Shown: one piece after another, positions 1 to 11,500 of the stretch
Numbering within the stretch: position 1 is the stretch's first letter
Layout: the number at the start of each line of letters is the position of its first letter
DNA from: Macrostomum lignano
Taxonomy: Eukaryota
Length of the DNA: 64,000 nucleotides
Direction: 5' to 3'
Assembly (NCBI GenBank): GCA_002269645.1
Contig: NIVC01000530.1
Span: 248,001 to 312,000, forward strand
Notes under the pieces: model-generated
What the model saw: the letters and a program-made list of their open reading frames with translations, nothing else
Database searches by the model: none
What the model was told of the DNA's origin: nothing
Made by a program: the position numbers and the translations under genes

Positions 1-398
1 CATTGTGCGAGTATCTAGATACTAGTGGTAGCTGTCTGGACATTTTGCGAGTATCTAGATACTAGTGGTAGCTGTCTGGACATTTTGCGAGTATCTAGAT
101 ACTAGTGGTAGCTGTCTGGACATTTTGCGAGTATCTAGACACTAGTGGTAGCTGTCTGGACATTGTGCGAGTATCTAGATACTAGTGTTAGCTGTCTGGA
201 CATTGTGCGAGTATCTAGATACTAGTGGTAGCTGTCTGGACATTTTGCGAGTATCTAGATACTAGTGGTAGCTGTCTGGACATTGTGCGAGTATCTAGAT
301 ACTAGTGTTAGCTGTCTGGATATTGTGCGAGTATCTAGACACTAGTGATAGCTCTCTAGACATTGTGCTAGTATATAGACACTAGTGGTAGCTGTCTG
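1..398. repeat. 40-bp minisatellite (~10 units, runs off window start) in the intron upstream of the GINS2 last exon
   Basis: Unit CATTGTGCGAGTATCTAGATACTAGTGGTAGCTGTCTGGA read directly; contains the 14-bp palindrome AGTATCTAGATACT. Confidence 0.95.
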
Positions 399-436
399 TA
401 AGTGTCCCATCCCACCTGCGCACCTGCCCCACCCAG

Positions 437-970
437 GTACCGCTGTGGCTGGCCCTGGCCCTTCGCACCAAGCAGCGCTGCAGGATCACGCCGCCAGACT
501 GGCTCTCCGTTGAGTCCCTCGCCGAGCTGAAAGAACGCGAAGAATCCGAACAATTATTCACCCCGGTGTCGAGTCCGCATTTCCGAGAAATTGCTTCACT
601 GTTGCTGCAACACGCCCCGGAAGATGTGCCGCATTCCGAGCGGATCCGAGGCCTGATCAAGGATATCTGGGATTTGAGGATGAGCAAACTGCGCCTGAGC
701 TTTCAGTTGTTTCTTAATAGCGACGCCGCATCGGCCAGGCTGACGCATCTCACTAGGATGGAGATCTACACAATGCGCGCGTTTTTAACCAAATCGCTGG
801 ATCAGGTGTTCAAGCTGCGGCATTCGGATAAAACTGTGCCAGCCCAGGCCGCTGAACAGGTTGCTGCCAGCAATGCCAGGACCAGGCGGGCTGCTGCTGC
901 GGCTGCTGCTGCTTCTGCTGCTTCTTCTAGTAGGGGCGGAGCTGCCGGATCTTCCGGTGTGTCACAATGA
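437..970 (+). CDS. GINS2: DNA replication complex GINS subunit 2 (PSF2), last coding exon; 5' exons lie outside the window
   Basis: Acceptor CCCAG|GTACCG at 437, in frame with ORF 566-970: VPLWLALALRTKQRCRITPPDWLSVESL...FTPVSSPHFREIASLLL...IRGLIKDIWDLRMSKLR...ARLTHLTRMEI. This matches the recalled PSF2 motifs VPLWLA, PPEW, DIWDxRxxKLR and LxxLTxMEI. Confidence 0.93.
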   Translation, partial: VPLWLALALRTKQRCRITPPDWLSVESLAELKEREESEQLFTPVSSPHFREIASLLLQHAPEDVPHSERIRGLIKDIWDLRMSKLRLSFQLFLNSDAASARLTHLTRMEIYTMRAFLTKSLDQVFKLRHSDKTVPAQAAEQVAASNARTRRAAAAAAAASAASSSRGGAAGSSGVSQ

Positions 971-1093
971 TCAACTGCTGCTGGCTTACTATTAATAGTA
1001 CTCGTAGTTTATTAAGTAGCTGAGCGTTTGTATTTTTGTGTTTGTAAAGTACATTTTCCAGTTTCTTTATCAACGCGACAAATGCTTATTTAA

Positions 1094-1582
1094 CCCGCTG
1101 AAAAGGTTACCGTGACAAGAATCGCTAGAGAGTCATTGCAAAAAATTTCTCTAGTGACTCCATAGCGACTCTGGGGCGACTCCTGTGACTTTTTAGCGAC
1201 TCAAACGACTGTTGAGTCACGAGCGCATCACGTGAGTTGCAGAATGATAAAAGAGTCTTGAAGAAGCGTCCAATAGTCATTGCGTTAGCGGCGTTAGCGC
1301 TTAACTTTCTACTAATTCGTTTGACATGCGATTCTGATTCATAAAGTGGCGCAGATGCGCTTTAGACGCAACTCAGTGATTCTGCAGCGACTCCAGCACG
1401 TCTCAGCTACGACTCTACAGCCCCAGAGTCTTTGGCTCTTTGACGACTTTTCCCGTGACATCTTGTCGGTTTAGAGTCGTCTAAGAATCACTTCCTTCCA
1501 GGTTTACCTGTGTTAGCAGCAGCGACTCTTAGGTGACGCAAGTGTCTCGGGATGGTCTAAAGTAGGTACCGTTTTCATCGGG
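1094..1582. mobile_element. MITE-like non-autonomous DNA transposon (~489 bp)
   Basis: Imperfect TIRs CCCGCTGAAAAGGTTACC / GGTACCGTTTTCATCGGG, TAA on both flanks, non-coding interior rich in GACTC/GAGTC motifs. Superfamily not resolved. Confidence 0.7.
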
Positions 1583-2577
1583 TAATCTCGTCTTTATTGT
1601 GCAATTATTCTATTAAAACATGCATTTTGTATTTACTTATTAATAAAACGCCTGATTAAATTTACTGTTACCTTTGTTCCATGGCAAATTGTAATAAAGA
1701 AAATCTTTTTCAGGTATTAAATTATTATACTTTTTTGCGATTGAATTCGTCCAAACTGCAAAACCTTTCGTCCACAAATGCTTTCTTAATGGGAGCTAAA
1801 TTTAGATCATACCATAGACAACTGTGTTCACGCACAACGGTTCATCCATCAGAGCGCCGCGCTAGACTACTGCTGAATGACTCGCACAGCTGCCGCATGT
1901 CTACACATCACAACATATCGTAGTATAAACTACAAGTTAAAGCAGTACGAGAAGTAGACTGCACGAGAATTGTATATAAGAAAGAAGTACACTTGTGATG
2001 CACATGCAAACGGATTCAAAACCTCACCAACAGCATGCAATTGGCAATCAGTATAAGTTTGTATTTTTATAGCCTTTCACTTGACTATTTAATTCCGAAT
2101 TACTTGTATTTGTGTTTCAGAGTTAATGCCAATGTACGGTATACCGGTGCAGTATGTCTTCACAGCTAGAACACCCTAAATTCTGTTTTCTTAATTTGTT
2201 AAAATCTGCCGGGTCCAACCGGAAGTAGCTTCTTTTAGCAGTTAAAATACAGGGCAAACAGGCTCTTCTGTGTTGTTTATCGGGTCTCATGACAGCCACT
2301 GTCCAAGTGCAGAGTTTCTACAGTTTAGTGGTTAGAAACCATAAGCACGGACAAAACTTGCATGGAAACCACACAGAAAGATCGAATAGTGACTGCTACT
2401 AGAGTTCTGGATTGCGATCTGAGATATGATGGGGCTAAAGTTCTGCAACTGCCGAACTTCTTCAAGTTATATTTATGACCGTTGAATATAACATTTAATT
2501 ACCAAAGCCCTTCAGTTTTTAAAACTTTCTACATGCAAGCAAAAACAAAATAGGGTTTTTACGATCGTCTTAAAAAT

Positions 2578-5500
2578 ATGAAAAGTACGCTTTGGCAGTT
2601 GCTGCCTCTGCTGCTGAGCATGCGAGTTGCTGCATCTTTGGACTGCTCCGATGTGAATCGCACGGGTGAGTCAGCTGCAGCTCAAAGACCAGCAATGCAA
2701 GGCTGCAAATCTTTTGAGATAAATATTTCAGTGACCGTGCAGCTGAGCAGGGCTGACGTTCTGCGCACCTGGCAACCCAGCGGTGCGCACTGCCGTTGGT
2801 GGGAGAGTCGGCAGTCGGAGACAAACCGATTCCCTGCTGCTGTGCGGTCCGGGCCTCGGTGGCTTGTGATGCAGCTGAGGCAGCCGATGATGCTGGAGGC
2901 GGTGAGCGTACGAGACTGGGGTGAGTGACGCTGACCGACTCATTCTCATGATGTATGATGAGGTAGAGGGAGTCTGGTATTAAGAAAGCCTTGTTAAGTT
3001 ATAATGAATCGACGTTTATTGAGTTTTGAGAAAGATAGCAAAAGAAAGGGTTAACATGGAATTTAGCACTGGCGTAGCTCAAACAAAACTTAGTGGTACA
3101 GGTAAGGGAGTCGAAACCATAGATATAATTAAGAAGTCTGTTATAGAAAATTCTAGAAGGAAAACTTGGATTCACTTACTATAAATATAAAGTTGACTAT
3201 TTTAAGATAAACGATTACTTAACATCTTTAACACTCCCACTTAATGTTTAGCTTAAAAACTAGTGCATACTGGTACAAACAGTTCATATTGTGTCTTGAA
3301 TATCAAAGTTAGATAAAGAGTTAGCAGTTATATTAACGAACAGGAATCAGTTCCTTGAGCACTTGAAACTTGGCATTAGACAGTGCTTTAGTAAGAATGT
3401 CAGCGATCATCTCCTCTGACGGACAGTAAATTAGCTTTAAAGTTCCACCGACCAACTTCTCACGCACGAAATGGTGACGGATATCAATGTGCTTAGAACG
3501 ACTGTGGAAGACAGGATTCCTAGCTAGAGCAATACAGCCTTGATTGTCTTCTAGGATAGTAACGTATTTGAGACTTTCTACGCGAAGATCTAGTAGTAAC
3601 TGTTGTAACCATGTGGCTTCTTGGGTAGCAGCTGAGAGTGCCATGTACTCGGCCTCCGTCGTCGATAAGGCTACAGTTTGTTGCTTTTTGCTACTCCAGC
3701 TAATCGGACATTCAGCCAACTTGAAGATGTATCCGGTTGTAGAACGTCGGTCATTGTGATCTCCAGCCCAGTCTGCATCGGAATATCCAATTAGATCGAT
3801 TGCACGCGAGTCCTTCTGAAAAACCAATCCTGATGAAATGGTTCCCTTTAGATATCTCAGGACACGCTTCACGCCACTCCAATGCTGTTCAGTTGGGTCT
3901 GAGAAATATCGCGCGAGAACTCCCACTGCAGATGACACATCTGGTCGTGTAGCTAGTGCTGCGTAGTTTAGACTTCCTACTGCCGCCTGATACATAGTCT
4001 TGTCCACCTTAGCATCACAGGTCTGTGTAGTGTATAATTTGACACTTGTGTCCATTGGTGTTGATACCGGTTTGCAGTCCATCATGTTGAATTTAGAAAG
4101 GATGGTATTTAGATACCACTCTTGGTTTAGAAACAATGAACCATTCTTCCAGGTAGCTTGAATTCCAAGAAAATAGTGAAATTCGCCTAGATCCTTCATC
4201 TTAAATTTAGATTGCAGTTCTTGCTTCAGCACGGGCATGTAGTCGTCAGATGCTGTTAATAGAATGTCGTCCACATACACACCGATCGCAGATTGAGAGT
4301 TGGCATAGATACACGGTTCTGACTTTGCCTGCACTAGGTTAAGACTTAAAAGTTCATCATGTAGAGTTTGATTCCAACATCTAGGAGCCTGCTTGAGTCC
4401 ATATAGACTTCTTTCTAGTTTGCATACTAGTGTTTCCTTGCCTTGCACCACAAATCCTTCCGGTTGTTCCATGTAAATTTCTTCGTCTAGTTTGCCGTTT
4501 AAAAATGCTGTTACGACATCCATCTGGTGAATTTTCCAATCTCGTTGAACTCCAACAGCCAGTAGAGTTCTAATTGATGTAAATCGAGCTACTGGTGCAT
4601 ACGTCTCCTCATAATCTACTCCATGCTCTTGAGAGTATCCTTTGACTACCAATCTTGCTTTGAATCTGTCTACTGAGTTGTCTGCCTTATACTTGACACG
4701 AAATACCCACTTACAGCCAATAGTTTGACGTCCTTTTGGTAGCTCAACCAGTTTCCATGTTCTGTTCTCCATCAGTGACTCGTACTCTGCGTTCGCAGCC
4801 TCTTGCCAGTCTTTAGAGAATGAGCTGTCCAATGCTTGCTGTAGAGTTTTCGGTTCGTCAATTTGTGTTGCAACGGATGCCACGTACCTGTCAACGGGCT
4901 TCTTCTCTCGAGTTGATCTCCGAACTTCTTGCTTGTCGACAGTTTCAGGAACACATTTAAAATCAGACGATGCTGGTTCGGTACCTGCATTCAGTTGAAG
5001 TGTCTCCTGCTTCTCCACTAATTGCTTCACGAAGCACGACTCTTGGAACGTTACATCGCGACTGACGAAAACTGATCGTGTTTGGAAATCAAAACAACGA
5101 TATCCTTTTGAGGTTTCCGAGTATCCAATAAATCTGACTTCCCGAGCTTTTGAGTCAAACTTGTGACGTTTCTCAGCTGGGACATGCGCGTAGGCAACGC
5201 ATCCAAATACTCGCAAATGCTGAACACTCGGCTTGCTGCCGGTCCAAATTTGATATGGTGTCGCTTTGTTGACTGCACTCGTTATTGATCGATTACGCAG
5301 ATATGCTGCCGTAGAGATTGCTTCTGCCCAGAATTCCTTGCCAATATGAGCATGTGCAATCATTTTTCGTGCTGCCTCCACCAAGGTTCGGTTCATTCTC
5401 TCGGCTACTCCGTTCTGTTCAGGAGAGTGTGGGACAGTAGTCTGGTGAATGATTCCGTTTCGGGCACAGAATGCCTCAAATTCTCCCGATGTATACTCTC

Positions 5501-8500
5501 CACCATTGTCAGTCCGAAGAATCTTGATAGACTTGTCTGTTTGATTCGTGACGAGAGCCTGAAAGATCTTGAATTTATCTAAGACTTCTGACTTGCTTTT
5601 AATGAAGTAAACTGAGCAATAGCGCGAATAGTCGTCAATAAATGTGACAAAATACTTTGATCCTCCAATTGACGTAGTTTGCATGGGACCGCACACGTCA
5701 CTGTGAATTAGACCCAATAGTTCAGTTGACCTTGACGTTTCACCCTTTGCAAATGGCGTTCGATGTTGCTTTCCTTCCACACATGCTATGCAGAAACTGA
5801 TGCCTTCAGTTTTTACTTCATCCTTGCTAAGCTCAATTCCGTCCACTTGCTTTCCATTAATTAGAGATTTCAGGTCTTGCTCACCTAGGTGTCCATAGCG
5901 CTGATGCCATAGGTCGATGCTGTTGTTTCTCGCGACAGATGCAGTCTCGTTAGTTAGGTTAAAGCCTTTCAATTTGTACAGTCTGCCAACTTTCAAAGCT
6001 TCTCCAACAATCTTACCAGTTGCGCTCAAAATCTGACACTTGTCGTCGCTGAATTGTACACTGAAGCCTTTTCTTGTAACTGCTGATACTGAGAACAAAT
6101 TCTGTTCCATAAGTGGTACATATAGAACGTCGCTCAGCTCGCACAATTTCTTACCAGAACCAGTATTGATATACAACCGAACGGTTCCCTTTCCAGTGGC
6201 TTCGAGCTTATGTCCATCTGCTAGCGTAATGTTCTCCAGTACCGAAAAATCTTCAAATTTCTCAAAACTTGTCCGATCATTAGTCATATGATTCGTTGCG
6301 CCTGAGTCCACAATCCATGTACTAGACTCGTTAGCTGTCGATGATGTGCCCATAGACAACGCCGGAAATGCAGAATCTTCCTCATCTGAAGCTGAAAAGT
6401 CCTTTAAGTCTTTTGCTGGGGCGTCTGCAATCCTCGCCTGATGCCTTCTGTTGGATATCTTCAAATCCTGTGGTCTTGAATTTGTGCTCGATCCACCTGT
6501 CACAGAGAGGCTATTCTTGAATTTGTAACAGTGCTTCTTTAGGTGACCAGGCTTATTGCAGAAAAAACATACTTTTGGTCTGACACTCTGGTGCTGTTGC
6601 CTCTTGAATCCAACCAGAGCCTTTGAATTGCTGCTAGGTTCACAGCTTTACTGTTCAAGTCGTTTTGACTCCTCGTGCAAAAGCCGCTCGAGTACGAAAT
6701 TCATCGTCAAGTCGTCCGCTCGCGATTCCAGGGCAGTAATCAACCCGTCATATGACTTCGGCAAACTGTTTAGCAGAATCGTGACTTGATAGTCCTCGGG
6801 AACACCTGCCCCGATAGCCGACAGTCGTTTGACGATATCCTTGAACTGATTAACATGCTCCTGCATGGATGCACCTTCCACCATCTTGAGCGCTTGTAGT
6901 TTCCGATTAAGAAACAATTTATTTGCCAGCGAACTGCGCTCGAAATATGCTTGAAGCTTATCCCACGCTTCCTTCGGAGTTTCTGCATCCTCAATTAGAT
7001 GAATTTGACTATCCGCAACAGCCAATACGATAGTCGCTAGGGCTTTGTTCGCACGCCGCTTGAACTGAACTTTGACCTCGTTGGTCGCGTCCTCAGCAAG
7101 TGTCTCTGTACCATCAACAACTTCCCAAAGTTCTCGCTCCATCAGGACGTTCTTCATCTTGAACTTCCAGACAGTGTAGTTGGAACTATCCAACTTCTCA
7201 ACCAGTAGTTTGGCATCGAAAGACATCGTGTCGATCCACCAGCACAACTGGACTGCTGAGCTTGAACTTTCTAAGAGACGGTAGAGCCTGACAATCACGC
7301 CGACTGACGCACTGCCACTGAAGCAGCTTTATTATTCACACTGCAGTAGATCGCAGTGGAAGGGGCGCAGGGCCCATAACCTATTAAGAAAGCCTTGTTA
7401 AGTTATAATGAATCGACGTTTATTGAGTTTTGAGAAAGATAGCAAAAGAAAGGGTTAACATGGAATTTAGCACTGGCGTAGCTCAAACAAAACTTAGTGG
7501 TACAGGTAAGGGAGTCGAAACCATAGATATAATTAAGAAGTCTGTTATAGAAAATTCTAGAAGGAAAACTTGGATTCACTTACTATAAATATAAAGTTGA
7601 CTATTTTAAGATAAACGATTACTTAACATCTTTAACATCTGGGACACAGAGTGTGAGACGGTGTGTGAGACCAGCTAGCATCTAATTAGCACTCTGAGAC
7701 AGTGTGAGACCAGCTAGCATCTAATTAGCACTCTGAGACAGTGTGAGACCAGCTAGCATCTAATCAGCACTCTGAGACAGTGTGAGACCAGCTAGCATCT
7801 AATTAGCACTCTGAGACAGTGTGAGACCAGCTAGCATCTAATTAGCACTCTGAGACAGTGTGAGACCAGCTAGCATCTAATTAGCACTCTGAGACAGTGT
7901 GAGACCAGCTAGCATCTAATTAGCACTCTGAGACAGTGTGAGACCAGCTAGCATCTAATTAGCACTCTGAGACAGTGTGAGACCAGCTAGCATCTAATTA
8001 GCACTCTGAGACAGTGTGAGACCAGCTAGCAGCCAAGCACTCGTGTTGCAGATGGCCAGTTGCACGCAGCAGCTCCGGTCGGCTCGCCCGTGTCAGCGGT
8101 CGGAGCCTCGAGCCTCCCGCTGGAGCTGCAGCTGGAGGATCCGTGCCGCGCCAGCTGGGAGGCCTTGAACGGTAGCGACCGCTGGCGGAGTCTTGATGGC
8201 TCCAGCGGCACCGCCATGGTGAGTTAAAGAGGCAGCTGTTTGCATGCTGCACATTTTGCACATTCTGAAGAACTCAGACATTCTGAGCACTCCTCCTTCC
8301 AGCAGCCAGTGGCCTTCCTTCTGTTCAGCAGCTCCCAGCCTCTCCAGTGGAGCGCTCTCAATCTTGCAGGTGAGGTCTTTCAGCTCAATGCTTTGATTTG
8401 CAGGTCACTGAGTTCATTTTACCTCCGCATCCTCAGGCCGCACGGCCCCAATGCAGCTGAAGGAGACCAGAAACCCATTCTGCCTGAACTGCGAGCCCCT

Positions 8501-11500
8501 CACGTGGAGACCCGGAGATCGCATTGGCTTCTCAGTGAGCAGCTGCGGCTCCCAGACTCCGAGCTGCTCAGTTCGACTCGCGGATGGCAGCAGGCGGGAG
8601 GCTGAGTTGGTGAGCGACTGGCCGGTCTTGCCTGACAGATTTTCCACTTTGAGGCTGAGATCTCAGGGCATTCTGTGATTTTCAGCTGATCTCAAGACCT
8701 GGCAGTGATCGGATTCGAGTCACCCATTTTGAGTACTTTGTGAAGGAGACGGAAATTCCGCGGACTCTGACGTGCTGGCAGGGGGACCCAGCGGCTCTGC
8801 AGATTGAGAGGGAAATCGCTGTGCCATGCAAGTCTAGAGATTTGCTAATGCAGCTGTCATTCAGGGCTCTGTACAGTTTTACACCTATAAATCCATTTGT
8901 ATGCACTTTTAATTGTAGCTAATGAGGGAAGCTTCACTCTATCGGTCTCTCCGGTGTGGGTTTCGGGCAGGAAGATTTTCTTAGAAGCCGAAGCGCAGCG
9001 ATTCTTTCCGGAGCCCAGGATTCAGTGTTCGATCAGGGCGGTGACGGAGCAGCCTTTGAAAGTTGAGAGTCAGGTGAGGACAGGTGCACTGTCTTTGAGT
9101 GAACGATACCGCTGACAGCACGAGTTGGTCTGCAATCTGACCACCACGCCACAACCCCAAGTTCCCAGTCACCGCGCCACCGCGCCACCGCGGCCTATCC
9201 TGACACAAAGCACACGTAAAATGCAGATACCCCTCATTCTATGTCGTTTAACTTTCAGAACGGGTCTGTAGTGAAGGACAATAAAAGCAGGGTTCTGCTG
9301 TCAGTTCGCTCAAGGTTCAGCTTTCACGCATCGCTCTCAATGCACGGAGGCCAAATTCTGTGCTGGGTGAATCTAACTGGAGGCGAAGATCGTGTTACGA
9401 GTACTTTGAAAAACTTAAATCACAATATAGCGCAGATAAGCGGTGAGAAATGTGGGAAATAATTTTTGTTTTCAATATTTAATTAATATGACCCCTCACC
9501 CAGCCAGCGCTCACCCAGCCACCCCTCACCCAGCCACCCCTCACCCAGCCACCGCTCACCCAGCCACCCCTCACCCAGCCACCCCTCACCCAGCCACCCC
9601 TCACCCAGCCACCCCTCACCCAGCCACCCCTCATCCAGCCAGCCCTCATCCAGCCACCCCTCATCCAGCCAGCCCTCATCCAGCCACCCCTCACCCAGCC
9701 ACCCCTCACCCAGCCACCCCTCACCCAGCCACCCCTCACCCAGCCACCGCTCACCCAGCCACCGCTCACCCAGCCACCCCTCACCCAGCCACCCCTCACC
9801 CAGCCACCCCTCACCCAGCCACCGCTCACCCAGCCACCCCTCACCCAGCCACCCCTCACCCAGCCACCCCTCACCCAGCACCCCTCACCCAGCCACCCCT
9901 CACCCAGCCACCGCTCACCCAGCCACCGCTCACCCAGCCACCCCTCACCCAGCCACCCCTCACCCAGCCACCCCTCACCCAGCCACCCCTCACCCAGCCA
10001 CCCCTCACCCAGCACCCCTCACCCAGCCACCCCTCACCCAGCCACTCCTCACCCAGCCACCCCTCACCCAGCCGCTCGCTCGCACTGCAGAGCCGTGCCA
10101 GACGGCCGTAGACCTGGGCTCGAGTCCGCACTGGAAGGTGGGCCAGACCCGCCACATCGCAGTGACCTCCAGCGCCTGCAGCATCTGGAACGTGAGCCAC
10201 AGCTGCCGGCTGCTGCAGGCTGATGGCGCTTCACCCGTGCCGCTCCGCAGAGTTGAAGTACGCTTGCACTGAGACTGGCCAAAGTGCTCAGAGAAGTGCA
10301 GAGCCTCACCTGTCCCAATCTGCACCCTCATTCGCATTGCAGCAGAGCAGCTTCAGCAGCGCTCACCAGCTGCAGGTGAGCAGGTCGATGGCTCACCAGA
10401 ACTGGTCCGTTCGCTGCAGCGTCAACCAGTCAGGTGTGGTGTATGATGACGCTGAGAGTCTGGAGCAGCTGCGACCGCCGATTTTCTGTGAGTGCCGAAC
10501 AGTGAATGAAGCGAGTCAGCTGTGAACGCTTTGCTTGAATGCGATTTCCAATTTCACTGCAGACCCGGCAAGCATTCAGGTAAATGGCAGCATTGAGAGC
10601 TCGCGACTGCACCTGGCTGTGGCTGCCTCCGACGCTCGGCCTCCGGTGACATCCGTAAAATGCTTAATTTCGAGTTCTATTGTGAGCAGTAGCTTTCATA
10701 TTTGTTGTTGGTTTTTCTGTTTGAAATTATTCGCAAAAATTCGAACGATTTATTTTCTTCCTGTCTCCAGCAAGTGACTTTGCACAAGCAAAGCGATGCC
10801 AACACGTGGAGTTTTGATGGCGATGGAGGTCGAATGAATGTTTTATACAGAAGGCAGCACCTCGCTGCATCGAACATCACTATCTACTGCACTGCCCATC
10901 AGGTGTCAACGAATGGCAACCTGATATTTCAGAGCCACAGCTCGAAACAAATTTACGTAGCTGAATCGATTGGCACTACGGATCTGCCAAGCACTCAATC
11001 AGTGAAGGCTGTTGAGTCAAAGGGTATGGGGCTTGAGTCGCACTCATTGTTCTAACATGTCTATTGAGAACATCGGAGCTAATCAACCTTCAAGAAACAC
11101 ACTAGCTGGTAAAATTATTGCTGCAGGTCCATTCTCAACCGTGTACGCCTTACCACTGTCGCACCTGCTCGTTGCGTCCGCTTCGGTGATAGCCGTAATT
11201 GTGATGGTGGGCATTGCCTCAGCTAGGATTGCCTGGGTAAATAATACCTTTTTTGGATAGCTTTTAGTAAGTAGCTAAGTAAGTAAGTCAGTCAGTCAGT
11301 CAGTCAGTCAGTCAGTCAATCAGTCAGTCAGTCAGTCAGTCAGTCAGTCAGTCAGTCAGTCAGTCAGTCAGTCAATCAGTCAGTCAGTCAGTCAGTCAGT
11401 CAGTCAGTCAGTCAGTCAGTCAGTCAGTCAGTCAGTCAGTCAGTCAGTCAGTCAGTCAGTCAGTCAGTCAGTCAGTCAGTCAGTCAGTCAGTCAGTCAGT

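Larger units (their letters stand above)
2978..7637 (-). mobile_element. Full-length Ty1/copia LTR retrotransposon (4660 bp) in intron 2 of receptor A
   Basis: 256-bp LTRs at 2978-3233 and 7382-7637 with no difference seen by eye; 5-bp TSD TCTGG (2973-2977, 7638-7642); PBS at 7370-7381; PPT AAGTGGGAG at 3234-3242; domain order PR-IN-RT-RH. Confidence 0.97.

Noticed and set aside
6556-6789. Antisense ORFs within the copia element
   Set aside because: Short shadows of the gag-pol frame with no independent features.
7660-8030. GACAGTG/CACTCTG in the 39-mer as V(D)J recombination signal heptamers
   Set aside because: The critical CAC start of CACAGTG is not matched in a proper heptamer, there is no nonamer at 12/23 spacing, and no RAG-like gene is seen.
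9443-10337. Long ORFs PHPATPHPAT / GEGWLGEGWL (also 42490-42929)
   Set aside because: Translations of the 15-bp intronic minisatellite.
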